14,979 nucleotides of DNA, from positions 1 to 14,979 of the forward strand of contig JBKCUU010000116.1 of assembly GCA_046318155.1 (NCBI GenBank). The letters are read 5' to 3'. Origin of the DNA: Bdellovibrio sp. GTDB lineage: Bacteria; Bdellovibrionota; Bdellovibrionia; Bdellovibrionales; Bdellovibrionaceae. Below, piece after piece: positions 14,013 through 14,979 of the stretch. A program made the translations under genes and the position numbers. The number at the start of each line of letters is the position of its first letter. The first letter of the stretch is position 1. The notes under the pieces are model-generated. The model had not been told where the DNA came from. It was given only the letters and a program-made list of their open reading frames with translations, and did no database searches.

Positions 14013-14979
14013 GCAGACCTCCGAAGCCGGCATCAGATGCGGCCTTCATTTCAGTCACGGACCACGCGTGATTTTTCCAAGTCAGCTTCTGACTTTGAGT
14101 TGAACCTAATTTTTGAATTTCAAGTCCAAGCCCTTGAATTGCTTTTACAAATCGAGCTTCAGCTGCGGGCGAAATCTCAAAAATCATCTGATAGAGAAGT
14201 TCATCGCTCAAGTCTTCAAGAGAAAAGCCAGACTCGATCGCAACACCTTGACCTTCAAGACACATCTTCGCCAGCGACAAAAGCACGCCGCCTCGGCCCG
14301 ACATTTGCGAACTCAAAATCTCATCCGCCTTATATGCTCGCACGAGCTCCGCGATCCCTTTGGCCATCTGAGCGGTCGCCTTCACATCAATTTGACCCAT
14401 AAACTCGAGGGTCGAATTCTCGCGCGTGCGCACCACCGTTGGCTGACTGACCAGGTACACAGCGCTTCCCGTTTCTTGAAAGCGGTCAGCCGGGATCTCT
14501 TCAACCTCTGAGCGTAAGCCCACGAGCCCCAACGCTGGCGTTGAAATGATATTTTGGCCCAAAGTCTCGTTGTAAAAACTGACGTTGCCGCTGATCACCG
14601 GAGCATTGAGCGCCAGGCTCGCCTCGGTAATGGCGTCGACCGAGGCCACAAATTCGCTCATGATCTCGGGCCGCTCGGGATTTCCAAAGTTTAAGCAATC
14701 TGTCAGTCCCTGAACGTCGGCGCCTTTAAGGGCCATTTGTAAGGCAGGATAAAAAACAGCATCCAGCGCACCAATGCGTGCATCACGCTTCATCCAAGCC
14801 GGCCTGCAACCGACAGTAACCGCCATTCCTCGACCTGAAGGCAAGCGGTGAAAAGCGACATCATGATCTGCTCCGCGCACGGTGCGAGCCAAAACTCGCT
14901 GGTCATATTGACGGTAGATCCAGCTCCGCCCGCAATGCTCGGGCGTCATAAGCTTTGCACCCAGATCCCAGTTTTGCGT
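13996..14979 (-). CDS. purL: Phosphoribosylformylglycinamidine synthase subunit PurL, C-terminal part (5'-truncated by window edge)
   Basis: Frame is open to the window end. Motifs WIYRQYDQRV, LTDCLNFGNPE, PVISGNVSFYNE. Lies directly upstream of purF. Confidence 0.92.
   Translation of the reverse strand, partial: TQNWDLGAKLMTPEHCGRSWIYRQYDQRVLARTVRGADHDVAFHRLPSGRGMAVTVGCRPAWMKRDARIGALDAVFYPALQMALKGADVQGLTDCLNFGNPERPEIMSEFVASVDAITEASLALNAPVISGNVSFYNETLGQNIISTPALGLVGLRSEVEEIPADRFQETGSAVYLVSQPTVVRTRENSTLEFMGQIDVKATAQMAKGIAELVRAYKADEILSSQMSGRGGVLLSLAKMCLEGQGVAIESGFSLEDLSDELLYQMIFEISPAAEARFVKAIQGLGLEIQKLGSTQSQKLTWKNHAWSVTEMKAASDAGFGGLLDGIS

Noticed and set aside
13260..14511. Plus-strand ORFs of 164, 193 and 132 aa
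   Set aside because: Antisense to the well-conserved purF/purL; typical shadow ORFs.
1..14979. CRISPR arrays, tRNA/rRNA, IS elements, prophage or defence genes
   Set aside because: No regularly spaced repeats, cloverleafs, transposase/integrase motifs or large unexplained gaps. The longest intergenic region is about 200 nt.

Overview
Gene-dense (~50% GC by eye) bacterial chromosomal window of mostly core genes; the gene set suggests a Bdellovibrionota-like predator (inference only). From left: 3' part of yebC (+); a secreted trypsin-fold serine protease (-); sufE coupled to an upstream 8-cysteine YkgJ/CxxCxxCC-like protein (-); a divergent region with overlapping inverted repeats before two small unknown genes (+); then an 11.4-kb tightly packed minus-strand run, in transcription order purL (partial), purF, ldcA-like S66 peptidase, beta-lactamase-fold serine hydrolase, mpl, PlsC-like acyltransferase, mutS and a shortened glnD-like gene. 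I saw no rRNA, tRNA, CRISPR array or mobile element. Best leads: a compact ldcA/serine hydrolase/mpl peptidoglycan-peptide salvage module, the orphan SufE plus Cys-cluster protein pair, and mutually exclusive SD-occluding hairpins before the small genes. All calls come from reading motifs by eye; no database search was run.
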